Shown: positions 40,948 through 55,200, counted from the stretch's first letter. The stretch: 64,000 nucleotides of DNA from Nemertoderma westbladi (GCA_032718475.1 JAUCBJ010000974.1:6787-70786); one strand, 5' to 3'. The notes: generated by a model from the letters alone, not told the origin. Made by a program: numbers and translations.

Positions 40948-43900
40948 TTAACGCTTAGCGGATCGAGCCCTGCCGCGTCCTCGAAAACTGCGTATCGGTG
41001 ATTTAGCTCGTGATATGGGACTTGTGGGGCGAGCCACTGGTTTACTTTGGACGTTGGGAGATGGTACGACCATTTCCTCACATATTCGTCTCTTAGTTAT
41101 CCCAAATCCTCGTCCAATCCCTCGTGACCGATCTGTTGTATCTACCGCTGGTAAAACGTCTGGGAACGCGCGAGAAGCGGACGACGCAGACCCAAGAGAA
41201 GCTTGCGCCCCCTTTTGATCAGCTGGTATATGTCCCGATCCTCCTTGCGGTTCTCTGGGAAGCGAAACCGTATCCCGAGTAATTTGAATAGTCGGTTCGT
41301 ATCCCCTTCGTTCTTCAACATTGATAGTTTTCTTTAATTGTTGGCCCACTTTCTGAACCCTTATGATCCTGTGCTGTCCGTCCTCCCGAGGGTGACGTGC
41401 AGACGGCGCGACCGGAGTAGCTGGCACGTTGGTCGCCTTTAGGACCTCCTCTTCCTCGAATACGCTCGCTCGTATACGTTTATGGTAGAACGAGGCTCGG
41501 TACGCCCATGCGACGGTTAACCAAGCTCCCTTATTTCGCTTTTCCGTTCGGAAACGATCAAATTCACCATATGTGATACGATTGACTACTTTCTGGAAGT
41601 TCCATGTATTCTTATTGTCCGGGTGAATCTGTAACAAGTATTCGCGCACAACTCGAAATCCACTATCGTGAGGCAAATATCAACTACCTCGATTAGTTCG
41701 TCATATTGTGGCATAGCGGAGATATATCCTTCCGACTGTGCTCTCATCGGGAATCGTCTTCTTTGTGCCGATACATGTTCGTCAGCTAAATCTTCCCAAT
41801 CATCAAACAGTTTTCTCACGAGTTTTACAGATTCGTGTTCGTAAGGTATGTCTCGCAATTGACATTCAGATGCTCGATGTCCCTTTATATTGCAATATGT
41901 GCATTGAGCCATAAATCTCCAGCAAGTATAAAATGTATGGGACCCTTGATCTCCACACCATCCACAGATTAGTTGAGTTGTAGTAATGTGCTTTCCACTG
42001 CACTTTGTCGAATGATGTCCAGCGACGCCACATTTACCACACATCGTATTAGCAGGGTACCACACTCGCTCATATATAAGATCGCCAATGGGTCGAGCGC
42101 TTCCTCCCACACTATAGTCATAATCGTCTGGGTCGATAGGTTGGTATGTTTCATAAGGTTGTATGCAAACTACAGCATCTGTTGCTTCTAGTTGTCGAAT
42201 CTCCGTCTGAGATTTCTTCGGGAGGTTCCTTTCAATCTCAAGAAATTCCTCTAAAGGATCATCGATGGCCGTCGTTACTTCGAAATCATCACCTAAGTGA
42301 CCGATAGGCGCACGCGTCTGCCGTGATTCGTCCGTAAGCTCCACGATACGTTCTCCTTCATAGGGTAACAATGTAAACATAGATGGTCTTTCGATAAGAG
42401 ATCCCGCACAGCGAAGATACACGTCTCGAAATATACTAAATCCTGCTCGAGTGAAGGCATTACACTGAGCGTCGGAATTGTAGAAGGGTTCGAGAAACCG
42501 TCTAAACACATCGGTATGAATTCTCCCTTCCGCGTAGAATGTATGATCTTCTCCGAGGCAAAGTGGATGTCATTTAAGAGTCCGAGACACAATGTCGGCG
42601 ACTAAGCAAACATTCACTGATGACTCTATCGCTAAATAATATTGTAGTACCGCTCTTGGAGGTGAAGTAATAGCCCAATATACGCATCCTCTCCATTTGA
42701 GCTGTGATTCAAACTCATTTATATCTGGAGTATCACCTTCTCCATACGTTTCGATATACTTTGTTCTTTTACTTTCCTTGTAATCCCAATTAAACATCAA
42801 GTAGGAAATGTATCCAGTTCCGGTTTTCTGAGTATCATACTCACGGAAGTATCCTTGTTCTATAGACCACAGTATAAGAGGTCGAGTGTCGACGTAAGGT
42901 GTCGGTAATCGGTCGTCACTGTCCGACATGCCGGCGAAGTCGCTAATTAAGTCCTCTCTTACTCCTGATCCAATCTTTACAACAGTTTTATCTAAAATCA
43001 TATTTCTCACCATCTTCGGTAACATTCTAGCATCGATATTGCAAGCCTGGTCCATTTTCTTTACTATATTAGTGATGAAATGGTGCCGCTTGGTAGTTCC
43101 TGGAGGTATAAGGCATTCGCTTGTCGCTCCTTTATCTACTGAAAACGTGCAAAACTCCGTCTGCCGCTCTAATTTGTATAGTCTTGGAGGTTAGACTCTG
43201 CTGATGGCTGCCGCCCTCGTTATCATAAAACATGTAACCGTTTTCCTGAAACGATCTAAACGTCCTATTCCATTCGTCCAATAATTCTTCCGAAGGTTGC
43301 CAAATCTTCTCTATGTCTTTCTCGTCCTCGAAACGAATGACTTTACCTTGCCAGTCCGCAGCGATATCTGTATCCGACTCAAAGGTTCCTGTTCCAATCC
43401 ATAAGCTAATTGTTTTGGTTAAATATCCTTTCAGGTTACTCGGAGCTATATCAGCGCCAGCTCTATCCAGTTCCCTAAAGTCTTGAATATGAGGCGGAAC
43501 ATTATGCACGACCTTTTGCGTAATATGTCTACGTAAATCATATATCTTAACCATATCGCTTAGAACAACTGCAGGAAGAAACTCTAAGTTCGAAATGATT
43601 TCCGGATGATCCACAATAGGTATTTCATACGTTGTATCTTGTCGAACTGGTATACTAATAGGGAAATTGAGTGTCGTACTCAATGGTTTCGTAGTTGAAG
43701 TACTATACGGTTGCATTTCTCTTGTACTTTCCGGGGATGCAATCTGTAGTCTCTGAATAACGTTTTGAGCAAAATTTATACTCTCGAAAACTTCCGGTGT
43801 CATCTCCTTAGCTGAAGTTTGATCGTGTGACGTCCAATGGTAAGGTAGGCTCGCAAGTCTTCCGCCCCATTCTTCCATCTTACCTTTCTCGAAAGCCTTG

Positions 43901-44337
43901 TAGGCTCTGTATAGGCTAAGAGCTTCTTTCTTTTCGCGGGTTGACTGAGTCGCCTCGTCCAGCGTAAGTTCGAATACATCGGGTTCAACAACCTTAGGTG
44001 GGTAAACAACAATTTCTCCCGCCTTTGGTGCAGTCATAGCGAATGAATGATATGGATTCGATAAAGGATACCCTCCTTCCTGGTAGCGTAGTTGTTGATG
44101 GTTCGAACACCTCGCCAATATCGGTTCGGGATTTTCCTTATTCAAACGCATCGGAATCGCATTTCGTTGTTCGTGCATACAAGCACCGCATTGATAATAA
44201 AGTTTATAAACTGAAAATGCTTCCTTTGTTTCTCTATCGTCCCCTCGAGTTCGTCTGTAAAGATGCATTCCATCGAATTCATCGCGTACCGCGGGCATAG
44301 GTTCGTGCGCCTTCAGGTATTGCATAGTATGATACAA
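40948..44337 (-). pseudogene. Accessory ORF of E: DEDDy-like 3'-5' exonuclease plus three CCHC zinc knuckles (two frameshifts, one TGA)
   Basis: YMFYDNEG, TIQIRAADG, LPKMVRNMILDKTVVKIGSGVRED, YVDTRPL, YYLAIES; CGKCGVAGHHSTKC, CGWCGDQGSHTFYTC, CTYCNIKGHRASEC; colinear with 57223..59832. Confidence 0.8.
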
Positions 44338-47089
44338 ACGACTAATTTCGGTATCGGGATCTTCGCTAATATCTCCCGTATCACATAAATCGGCTCTCCT
44401 TGTATCCCCTTCGCCATTATTAGAGGTATGGTTACATGATCATACTACTAGAGGGAATACAACAGAGTTTATTGTTAGTTGTGAGGAGATGTGAGAGTTT
44501 TCGTCTGCCCTTTTGGCTCGACAACGCTCTAACCTCCTACCCATAGCCTAAGATCTAGGGTTTCTTTAATGACACGCTGCTTCTTATCTAAAATTTTTGC
44601 CGAAATAAAAACGAATTTGGGCTAAACTGGCTGTGAGTCTAAAATACTCACCTTTTGATCCCAAACTATTATCAGAAAATAAGCAATCAAGAATTAGTAA
44701 TAAATATAGGGAAGTCTATTATTCGACGTAACTTATTGAAACAAGACCGTGTAAAATTTAATTAAAATTTAGAAAGGCTCGCGAGTCTTCCTTTTTCTTG
44801 TTTCTCTAATTTTAAGTTCCACCCGACTGTACCCTGAAATCTATTCACTGGAGAAAATTTTAAAATTTTTCAAATCCAAATGGATTGTCTAAAATTTCGA
44901 AAATGTCTCAATATTGTGAGTTCCAAGTAGAATTCCATTTCTTATACCTACAAATCCCGCTCCTATGTGACACATAAGGGTACTACCCTCAATGTTCACA
45001 TATAAAGACAATGGAATTCTACCGCTGTCTTTACTACGGTGTACAGGTACGTGGAAATCTATTTGTAAACTCCTTACTATTTACTAACATTTGTTGGAGA
45101 CTTGTAATCTCCAGACTTGTTTCGCGTCTCTTCAAGAAGTACGAGACGTTGAGTCGGTCTGTCTACTGTACGACCGTCAATTGTCCGTACAGTCACGGTT
45201 CTTGTCACTCCATCCATAGATGGATGTGTGTCTAAAATTACACCTGTTATCCAGAAGCGTCTTTTTAGATTCACTTCTGCCAACAGCACGTGATCTCCCG
45301 CTCTTAAAGTGCGAGTTTTGTTGTACCAGGTTGTTCTGGCAGAAATAGAGGGCAAATAATGATTTTGCCATATTTCCCAGAATTTGTTAGCTAATAGTTG
45401 CATGATTTTCCACGCTTTTCTACGGTAGCTATCGCATTCTATTGGAATAGAAATAGGCATTAATGTAGTCGGTGCCTGCATAAGCAGGTGTGCTGGTGTT
45501 AAAGCAAACTGGGATTGTTTGTTATCGGGTACTAATACTATTGGTCTAGTATTTATTATTGCCTCGATTTCAACAAACAATGTTGTCAGTTGGTCGTCTG
45601 TCAAGATGTGGTTTACTGGAATTACTTTTGCCATGGCTGTTTTTATAGATCTAATCAATCTCTCCCAGACTCCGCCTCTCCATGGACTATCTGGAGGATT
45701 AAACTTCCAAACAATCTTGTAAGGACGTAGTTCGTTTGAGATTTGATCATGATCTAATTTCTTAAAGGCTCTAGCAATTTCATTTCGAGCACCAACAAAG
45801 TTTGTACCTTGGTCTGAGTACAAGCATTTTACTAGTCCGCGTCTAGCGATAAATCGCCGCAATGCTAGTATAAAAGCGTTGGTGGAAAGATCCATCACAC
45901 GTTCAATATGAACTGCCCTACTGGACATGCATGTGAAAATCAGTCCCCAGCGTTTTACTATTATACGTACACGTTTCGTATGTATGGGACCAAAGCAGTC
46001 AATTCCAGTCTCTGTGAAGGGTGGTCTGAATGCCTGTAGTCGTGCTTGTGGAAGTTCACTCATTTCTTGGGTACTTATTCTAGAATGTACCTTCTTACAA
46101 ATAATACACATACGCGTCACTGAACTTAACGCTTTACTGGGTCTAATTAATACAAATCTTGTACGTAAGTATGAAAGACAGTGGTGTCTTCCAGCGTGTT
46201 TCAGATGTAAATGTGCATCCAGTATCATTGCACGTTGTAATTCGTGATGTTGCGGTATTATTATTGGGTACCTAAAATCAGTATTAAAGTCAATGTTTTG
46301 AAGCCGAGATTTATGACAAATTAAGCCATTATAAATTATCGGACTCCAACTCAATATTGGTGACGACTTGATTGGTTGACCTTGACTTATAGATGTGAAT
46401 TCGCGTGCGAAATATCGCAATTGGTAATGGCGAATTAATTTAATTTCACATCTGTCAATCTCAGTCAATGTGAGTCGACGTGTAAAGTCGCGTTTGCCTT
46501 TAACGTATTGTACAAAACGTACAATCCACGCTAATTTTCGGCACGCGTTGGTCCAAGAATCTGTCAAATTTACAATACGGTCGACGTAAGTATTTGTGAC
46601 GTCATCAGGTAAGTCAATGGGGAATTTGGAAGGTTTTGTTTTACTAGATGGGCCCACGAGTCCGCCGGTAGGTATTCCCTTGTTGACTGTTGATCCGTCC
46701 GGGTCTACAAGTAATTTGTCCTTCTTCGTCTTCTTACCTTGATTGTCAGTACTTTGTGTGTCGATCCCTAATGGTGGTTTTAACTCTATGGGATCACTGG
46801 GTTTCGGTAAATTTATTTTTGTGCCGATATTAATCCCAGGTTTCACCGTAGGTTGTAAGGTTGGTATGTCTCTTGAGCGTAAAGTAACACCTGTATTTAC
46901 ATTAGCGTAGGTACTACCCACATCTGTAATACATGAGGTTTCACTGTACTTATGGTTACTCAAGGGTGTCAAGTTTGGTAGTTTGTCAATAGAAGGCCGC
47001 TCCAATAGGGAAACTGCGGCTTTACTATGTGTTGCTATGTTACTAATGTCTGGTAGAACATCTTGTGAAATGTCTGATAAAATGTTTCG

Positions 47090-47248
47090 CGGAACATCCG
47101 GCGAAACGTCTAGTGACATGTCTGGCAAAATGTCTGGTTGACCGTCTGGTAACATGTCTGGTTGACCGTCTGGCGATACGTCTGGTTGACCGTCTGGCGA
47201 TACGTCTGGTAACATGTCTGGTTGACCGTCTGGCGATACGTCTGGTTG
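47090..47248 (-). repeat. 12-bp coding repeat (PDVS/PDGQ/PDML) in an expanded RNase H-integrase linker
   Basis: Repeated GTCTGG-based 12-mers. Confidence 0.85.
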
Positions 47249-50200
47249 AGAAAGGCTCGCAAGTCTTCCTGCCCTAACTTTGTGAGTTATATTCTTCCAT
47301 TTCGCCTTTGGTTTCTTCTTAAGTTTCGCCGTTGTCTTTTTCTTTGCTTTACCTTTCTTTGGTTTTTTAATTTCGGCGTCCTTAGGAATAGTATTAGACT
47401 TGTTATCGTATAGTGGCGGCCAATGTTGTGTTGCTCTTTGTAAGAATTGTGGTCCGTGTTGCCAAAATTTCTTGTTTTCCGGTTTACAGAATTCCTCAGG
47501 CATCATTCCTCGCGACGCAATATCAGCTGGATTTTGTGGTCCGGGACAATGTCGCCAATCTTCCTTTATTGAACGGTCTAGAATTTCTGCACGATGGTTA
47601 GCTACGAATGTCTTGAATTCAAGTGTGTCGTTGTTTATATAAAATAAAACTAACGTCGCGTCAGTCCAATAAAATATCTGTAAACTTGACTGTAATTCAG
47701 TCTGTATGAGGTTTACAATTGTCGTTGACAGAGTTGCGGCTTGTAGCTCAGCGCGTGGTGTCGTCATATACTTAGTAGGCATTGTTTTAGCCTTAGAAGT
47801 AATGAGCGATACATCAAACTCATCTGAGTCTACTTGTCTGCGCAAATACGCTGTCACTCCAAAGCCGTTGTCACTGGCGTCGGAAAAACAATGTAATTCT
47901 AAGTTGTCAGGAAATGTCGTCTGTAATGGAAAGTACACCCGGGGTATGGAATAATCCTCTAGCGAAGATAATTGCGCCTCCCAAGTCTTCCATAAGTCCA
48001 CTTGTTCGTTTGAGATCGGTCCGTCCCATGTCAGTCCATCTTTCCAAATACTGCGCATATATATTCTTGCTTGCAGTATTATTGGGCTGATGAAACCTAA
48101 TGGATCGAACAGTCTGCTTAGTTTCGACAAGCAAGACCTCTTTGTCAGAGAATCCCCTTCAGCGTCCAGTTTTACTTTCACTCAAAAGTTGTCTGTGTTC
48201 GGGTCCCAAAATAGTCCCAACACCTTGGTCGTCGGCAGTGGTTCGAACTCTAAGTCAATGTCCCCACCCCCACGTTCAGTCGTTTCGAATGAATTTACTA
48301 ATTCGGCGCTGTTTGAGGCAAACTTAGTGAGGTTAAAACCTCCGCCTGCTAAACAGTCCCGTAATTGATGTGCTACTGTTATAGCACGTTCTACTGTGTC
48401 ACAACTTTGTAATCCATCGTCTACATAAAAGTCTCGTTCTACGATCTCGATTACCTCTGGGTCATACATATGTTTCTGATCCCTAGCGGTCTGTTTTAGG
48501 GCGTACATAGTGCAGTTTGGGCTGTCTCTGGCACCGAAAACGCGAACTTGCATTTGGTAAGTCGCCGGTGGTTGACTTAAGTCTCCATCCGGGTACCAGA
48601 GGAACCTCAAACTGTCTCTGTCTCGCTCTAACGCTCGCACTTGGTGAAACATCGCTTCGACGTCACAAGTAAATGCTACTTGGCGCTGACGGAAGCGCAT
48701 AATCACCCCCATGAGATAATTATTCATGTTTGGTCCGTCCATCAACTCACTGTTGAGAGACATTCCTTCAAACAGGGCCGCGCAGTCGTTAACTACGCGT
48801 ACTTTATCAGGTTTGTCGGGGTGTCTCACGTAGTGATGTGGCAAATAGTATGTCTGGTCTGTCACAATCTCTGGGTTAGTCATTTTGATAGCGTATCCTT
48901 TTGTTAAATACGTCTCCATCTGGGTATTATACTGCAGATGGGCTTTCTCGTCCTTTAATAAACGTTGTCGTATTGAGTGTAAACGTCTTAAGGCTAGCGG
49001 ATAGTTATTGATAAGTTTAGGGCTTTGGCTACGCCATAGCATCCCTACCTCATAATGTCCGTCTTTCGTCTGGCGGATAGTATCTTCCATGATCTTCAAA
49101 GATTGTTTCTCTTGTTCCGACATACACGGTTCATAACTACCTGGTTCGGCTGTATCTTGTTCCAACCACCTGATAGTTTTCTCTGTTAATTCCTTGTCTA
49201 GTGCGGCTTGTTCTACTTGACAGTTCCTTAATGCGTCGTCATCGATATCGACGGGCATCGTTAATGTTATTGGTGTAGATAGACTCGCAAGCCTTCCGGC
49301 GTTATCATCTGTCGTCGATGGAACCTCTGCCTGACTCCGCTTCTTCTCAATCTCTATACTAACCTTGTGGATTGGCTGCTCTTTGTGACTTATCGTATTT
49401 GCTACACACGTCGTACCTGTAACATTGTCGTGTTTTGTCGAACGTAGTGTAGTATAGTCTATGTCAGGTGAAAAGGAATGAATCGAAGTTGTAGTTAGTA
49501 AACTACATGTACTTTGTACATCGTCTTCCTCATCACTTATATCCAGTGTGCGCACAGGCGCTCGAGTATACCACCCTATCGGAGTTCTACAGGCGTAAGC
49601 GTTTCCCGCTACGACTACCGATGGTCTGGTTTCCCACACTTGATGTAAGTTGAATTGGTCCGTCCCGATCAGCATTGCTACCGACCGATAATTAACAGGA
49701 CATTCGGGTACACCAAGGTGTCTGAAATACTTACGGTCCTCTAAGGATTGCTCCGGCACTGGACCCAGTAGATTACTAAAGTCCTTTGTGGCCGCAAAAG
49801 TTAAATCCTTAAAGGGTAACAAAGACCTCTCCTTTTCGCTATGTTGCGATTTCGGAAGAAGAGTGTCCAAGTTTAACTTAACTCGTGTCACTGGTATTGC
49901 ACGTTGTCCATGCATACTACTTACAGTGTACTTCACGTGCTTACCTTGTCTAAGGTCCGTCACGACATCAGCTACTTTCTCATGCACGTAGCTGTGAGAT
50001 GAGGCTGAATCTAGGATAGCGTAGATCCTTTTGCTCCCTTTTGTGCCAGTAATCTTAATAGGAATTACGCTGAAACCTTTTAGTTGATCAGGCGTCAGAA
50101 GAGCGATCGATGGTTGTTCGTCTCCCTCCGAGTATATGTCGTCGTCTTCAGATTCTTCACCAGAAGACCCGGATTGTTCTGGGAAGCAATCCCAAATATG

Positions 50201-51760
50201 TGTCACAAACGTTGGTGTTGTTCTTGATTCTCGTGTTGTGTAGACAGTGTTACATTTCGCTACGGCTTCCGGGTGTTCCCTAGTGAAGCGTTTTGTCGGC
50301 GTATGGCTGTCTGTGTGGAGCAGACCATCATGGTTGCGTCCACAGTAAGGACAGGTGTCCGTATTTGGGCAATCCTTGCGGACATGTCCATGTTGTGTAC
50401 ACCTCCAACAAGAATCTAACGGTCTTATTTGAAGCCGTCGTTCCTCTGAGTTTAATTCACGAAACAGATGACATCTCCTCAGCTGGTGATTGGTATACCG
50501 CTTATTAAGCCGCTCGCAGTATTGGCAACCGCTAAAGTCGGCATTCAGTTGTTGCCTGGTCTGTTTGATGCCAATAGGTGCGGACAGTTTACTACCGTTA
50601 GGAAATTGTCTTGTTTCTGTTGGTGTGGCGTAAGTGGCCGTCCTTGTGGATGTCGTCGGTTGTTTTTGTCGGTTTGATGAAGGTAAGGTGATTCCTTCTG
50701 CTACGATGTGTTGGTCAGTGTAGTTAGATCGAGTCTCTACTACTGCTTCCCTGGATATTAATAGGTACACATCCTCCAGTTTCAAGAATCCACCTCTTTC
50801 CTCCCGCTGGTATTCGATTTTTCGCCACTCCCGACGAAGTCGATGATGTAGTCTTCCTATAATTTTTAATAGGACTGTGGGAGTGTTCCCATAATCGAGT
50901 TGTCCAATAGATGTTAATGTAGTGATAGCGTTTTTAATTTCGTCAGCTAATTTAAGTAAGTCGACGGGTTTTGTAATAGCCCCCCCCTTACAGAGTTCCT
51001 CTATCACTGACTTGGCCATACTAACCGTACCTCCGTAGATTGAAGTTAAGCGATCGTATGCTAACTCGAAGGCATCTGGTACACCGACAAAGGTCTCTGC
51101 CAAACGTTTGGGTTCTCCCGATAATGTTTGAAGCAGGTAATTAAACTTCTCCCTTGATGTAAAGGCGCACACAGCGATCTGAGATTCAATGTAGTCTACG
51201 AAAGTGTGCCAATGTTTGGAGCTACCGGAAAACTTAGGTGGTTGTTGCACCGGTAGTCCTTGTCTAGCTGCGAATTTAGCTATTTCCTCGGCAACGTTCA
51301 AAGTTCCGCGTCCTGGGTTGGCAATCTGGCTGATGTTCTCTCTTCTAGGCTCTTTTCTTTGATACGATGTGTTTCTCGACGGTATTGGTCTTTGCGGAAC
51401 TTTAGGATTTCTATTGTGTTCGAATTCGGAATTTCTCGAACTGTCGGTGTGAACTTCCTCCAAGCGTTAGTCGATCTGGGCCAACTTGTTGACAACTGGT
51501 CTCAGAATGTCGGCAAATTGTTGGGTACTGATCGCGTCCGTTGGTTGTAACGCCCTTTGTATTGGTGTATTTTGTGGAGGATTATCGATAAATGAATTAT
51601 CTGAACGCTCACATTTACATTCGTCGGCCGCTCCTGTTCTAAATACCTCGCGTTCCGGGTAATCCGACTCGCTTGAAGTACTACTGTCACCTGGATACAG
51701 TGGTCGACGTGCTCGTGTCCGTTGCGTCGTTCGAATTTTAACATTCCGTTTCGGAACATC

Positions 51761-52250
51761 GTCCACTGTTCTCCGTTGTTCGGTAGGCTCACAAGTCTTC
51801 CTCGAAGTCGTAGATTGCGATGTAAACTGATTAAACGGTCGCGTGTCCACTGTTCTCCGTTGTTCGGTAGGCTCACAAGTCTTCCTCGAAGTCTTAGATT
51901 GCGATGTAAACTGATTAAACGGTCGCGTGTCCACTGTTCTCCGTTGTTCGGTAGGCTCACAAGTCTTCCTCGAAGTCGTAGATTGCGATGTAAACTGATT
52001 AAACGGTCGCGTGTCCACTGTTCTCCGTTGTTCGGTAGGCTCACAAGTCTTCCTCGAAGTCGTAGATTGCGATGTAAACTGATTAAACGGTCGCGTGTCC
52101 ACTGTTCTCCGTTGTTCGGTAGGCTCACAAGTCTTCCTCGAAGTCATAGATTGCGATGTAAACTGATTAAACGGTCGCGTGTCCACTGTTCTCCGTTGTT
52201 CGGTAGGCTCACAAGTCTTCCTCGAAGTCGTAGATTGCGATGTAAACTGA
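51761..52250 (-). repeat. 84-bp coding tandem repeat, six copies, in gag of E
   Basis: Unit TSQSTTSRKTCEPTEQRRTVDTRPFNQF; near-identical copies at 84-bp period. Confidence 0.95.
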
Positions 52251-55200
52251 ACCGGTGGTCGAGTGACAGCGTTTGAATCTAAAGGCCTTGTAGGCCTAAA
52301 CGTCTTTGGGTACGTGTAGTGCGTAACGGGTTTTGGTGTCGAAGGTGGACTCACCTGTTTTGTCGTTAGTAGTGCAGGTCCGGTCAATAAACTACTACGA
52401 TCGGTAATCGGTGGGTTACTTACCTGGACTTTCAGAATAGGCGACGACGTTGCTCTTGGCGGTATGAACTTGTCCGGAATAACAAACCTGTGTTCCGTCG
52501 CACCATGGATAGGAGAAATATTACTACTACCCGCAATCGAAACAGGTTCCTTAGTCGTAACTGGTGCAAACATAGGAGTTACTTGAGGGAATCTTTGACA
52601 TAAGTCTTTAACTAATTGTCTTTCTCGCCCAGGTGCCCCTACACTTCCTTCCTTCATTCGTTCCTGAATTTGGCGGTGCCTTACCTCTATCTGGTCCAAA
52701 TCATGTCCGTCACGAGATCTCATCAATCGATCGCGGGCTAGAAGATCCAGATTTTCCTTGGTTTTGGCTAGTTCTCTCGCCTTCCTTTCGAGTTCGAAAT
52801 GAAGTTTAACTTCTTTCTCGCGTTGTTCCGTCTGTTGTTGTTGCGCCTCGAACTCCGCTTGTCGTATAGCTGATTGAGCCTTTATTTGTCGTTTTTTCAA
52901 CTCGGCTCAGGCTTCCGAAACTCGCCTTTGTTCGTCCAACTCTGCTGCTCGTCGCTCTAAATCAGCTGCTGCTGCTCGTCGCTCTAAATCAGCTGCTGCT
53001 GCTCGTCGCTCCAACTCAGCTGCTGTCGCTCGTCGCTCCAACTCAGCTGCTGTCGCTTGTCGTTCCAACTCAGCTGCTGCTGCTTGTTGCGCTAACTCAG
53101 CTGCCGCTGTTCGCTGTACTATTTCTAACTCCAACCTTTCCATCTCAGCCACTTCCAACTCGGCTTGTTCTTGCAGATGAGAGATTCTCGCAACATTTGC
53201 AACGCGTAGTTTTTCTTCCTCTACCGCCGCTTGTACCGTTAACAGTTGAGTTTGTTCCTCAATTTCTCGTTGTTGTCTATAGTGCTGTTGTTGCTGTCTA
53301 GAAATTTCTGACGTCACTATACTTACCTCGCCAATTTCGCTGCGAATACTCACTAACGATTGGTCCAGTATTCCCGGTGCCGATTCGATTTGTACGGGTG
53401 AAGTTCCCCTCGTATATTCCGGCACGGTTTCCAAATCGCCGACGTCTTCGCCGCACATACGTAAGTGATCCGTCAGATGTTTCAATTGTCCATCCAGTCG
53501 GTACAGTTCCTGTTCTTCCTCGGGCTGTAATAACTCGTCGGAAACCGACTCACCTAGCAACTGGTCCGCTTGTTCCTGTTGTATCTGTCTAACGGTCGTC
53601 TTAAACTGAATCAGTTTCTCTCTAGCGATCATTAATTTCTCGAGGATTCTAAACTGTGTGTCCATATCCTGTCTCTGTCTAGCTAGATCTTGTAGACCAA
53701 TTAGATTATCTACAGACTTATGTACTTTACTCTGTACTCTAACCTGTAGGGTGTAGAACTCGAACCGAGACATCGGAGCGGTCAACTCGTCTAATATGCG
53801 TTGGCCTTCTCCAATACTCCTGGTAATATGCGCCATGTATCCTCCGACGCTTCTAACCACACTTTCCTGGCTTCCTACTGAACTTACCATGTCCGTTTCT
53901 CTATGTCTAGGTTGCGGGACCGTTAGAAAATCCTCGGTCCTGCCGTCGCCTCGTACTACGGCATCCGGTACTCCCGTTGGATGTACTGGTGACGCGCACG
54001 GTGTAGGTTCGGTAGGCTCACGAGTCTTCCCCTGTGGTTCTTCCGCTTCTGACTTATCCGCGTTACATGAGTCATAGTCGGTTTGTGTATTCTTCGTATA
54101 GTCTTGTTTGTCACTCATTTCGGTAGTTGTAAGTCAAGTAAAGTGAGTGTCAAAATATCAAACTTACCGTATTTTATTTCTAAACGGTATTAATTACAGT
54201 CATATAAAATTAGCCTACCGGCTGATTTTATAGCAGATGGATAAAATTAGCCTAGCGGCCAATTTTACAGCAAATAAACGTCACGGAATAAGTATATAAT
54301 AAAATTAGCCTAGCGGCCAGTTTTATAACAAATAAATCGGATAACGATATGCGTTATCAAAAGGTAAATTAAATACAATAATACGGACTAATTCAGCAAT
54401 AAACAAAGAAATCGTACGGAATGCATAAATACTTGAGACAGTGGAACCCACAATAATTTTAACTAATACGGTAATGCCTAACTTATTTATGCAACTTTTC
54501 GAACTCACCCCCTCCAATCATTCTCCAGAAAAACAGATTCCCAGATACAAACCGGACGTGAACCTTTCCGTTTCCAGCGTTGCGGACGAAGTGCGATTTT
54601 CCCAACCAAAGTTGTTGAGTTATCTATCTCCCAAACTTGCTAAACACGGTCTTGCTCTCGTTACAGTCTAGAAATGAGCTCTGAATCCTGAAAAACAAAA
54701 GAGTTAGGTTTTACTTTTACGAAAATTTTGTACCGGTACAATATGGTATTTAAACCCTTTTAAACACCGGTATTCAATTCCAAATATTTTACACGCGGTT
54801 CAGATCAAATTTTATTTCAAAAAATTAGCACTTAGCTAATCAAATATAAACTTTTACCTCAAAATACAAAATTTTTCAAATAACTTTAGTCCTACCGAAC
54901 CGTAGTTCAGTAAAACATATTCCTACTATTCGAAGAGACAGTAACAAAATACCCTGCAATATCTTACTGTAAAGTTTGTGAATCAAATCATAAATCCGAC
55001 CTTCTCACCAAAACAGTAAACTCTAAGTAAGCGAATATATATTGCAGTATCGGTCTCTTATAACCGGTGAGGCAGAAAACAGTCTACGAACGGACAAACT
55101 TCGATAAAACAAAATCCCGCGCAGCGAATCCTAAAATCAGGCTGACTCACTGACGGACTAAGGGGCTCGTATACTTTGCCGCGGTGTGATTTATATGGTT

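Larger units (their letters stand above)
45077..54118 (-). pseudogene. Gag-Pol of E, about 3010 codons in one frame with three in-frame stops
   Basis: Four ORFs in the same frame (stops at 52907, 51467, 48182); PKFSG capsid region, triple knuckle, AILDSASS, CDVEAMF, FYVDD, FSDAS, GIDCFGP, SDQGTNF, WERL. Confidence 0.93.

Noticed and set aside
40948-44337. env gene in the 3' ORF position
   Set aside because: No signal peptide, fusion peptide or transmembrane anchor; the motifs are exonuclease and CCHC.
51761-52250. Overlapping ORFs in several frames (51502..52128, 51722..52276)
   Set aside because: By-product of a stop-poor 84-bp tandem repeat inside gag.
30390-52909. Alternative genetic code (TGA read as sense)
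   Set aside because: TGA also ends intact ORFs (A pol, D accessory ORF), TAA stops and frameshifts occur too, and C-to-T decay explains the pattern.
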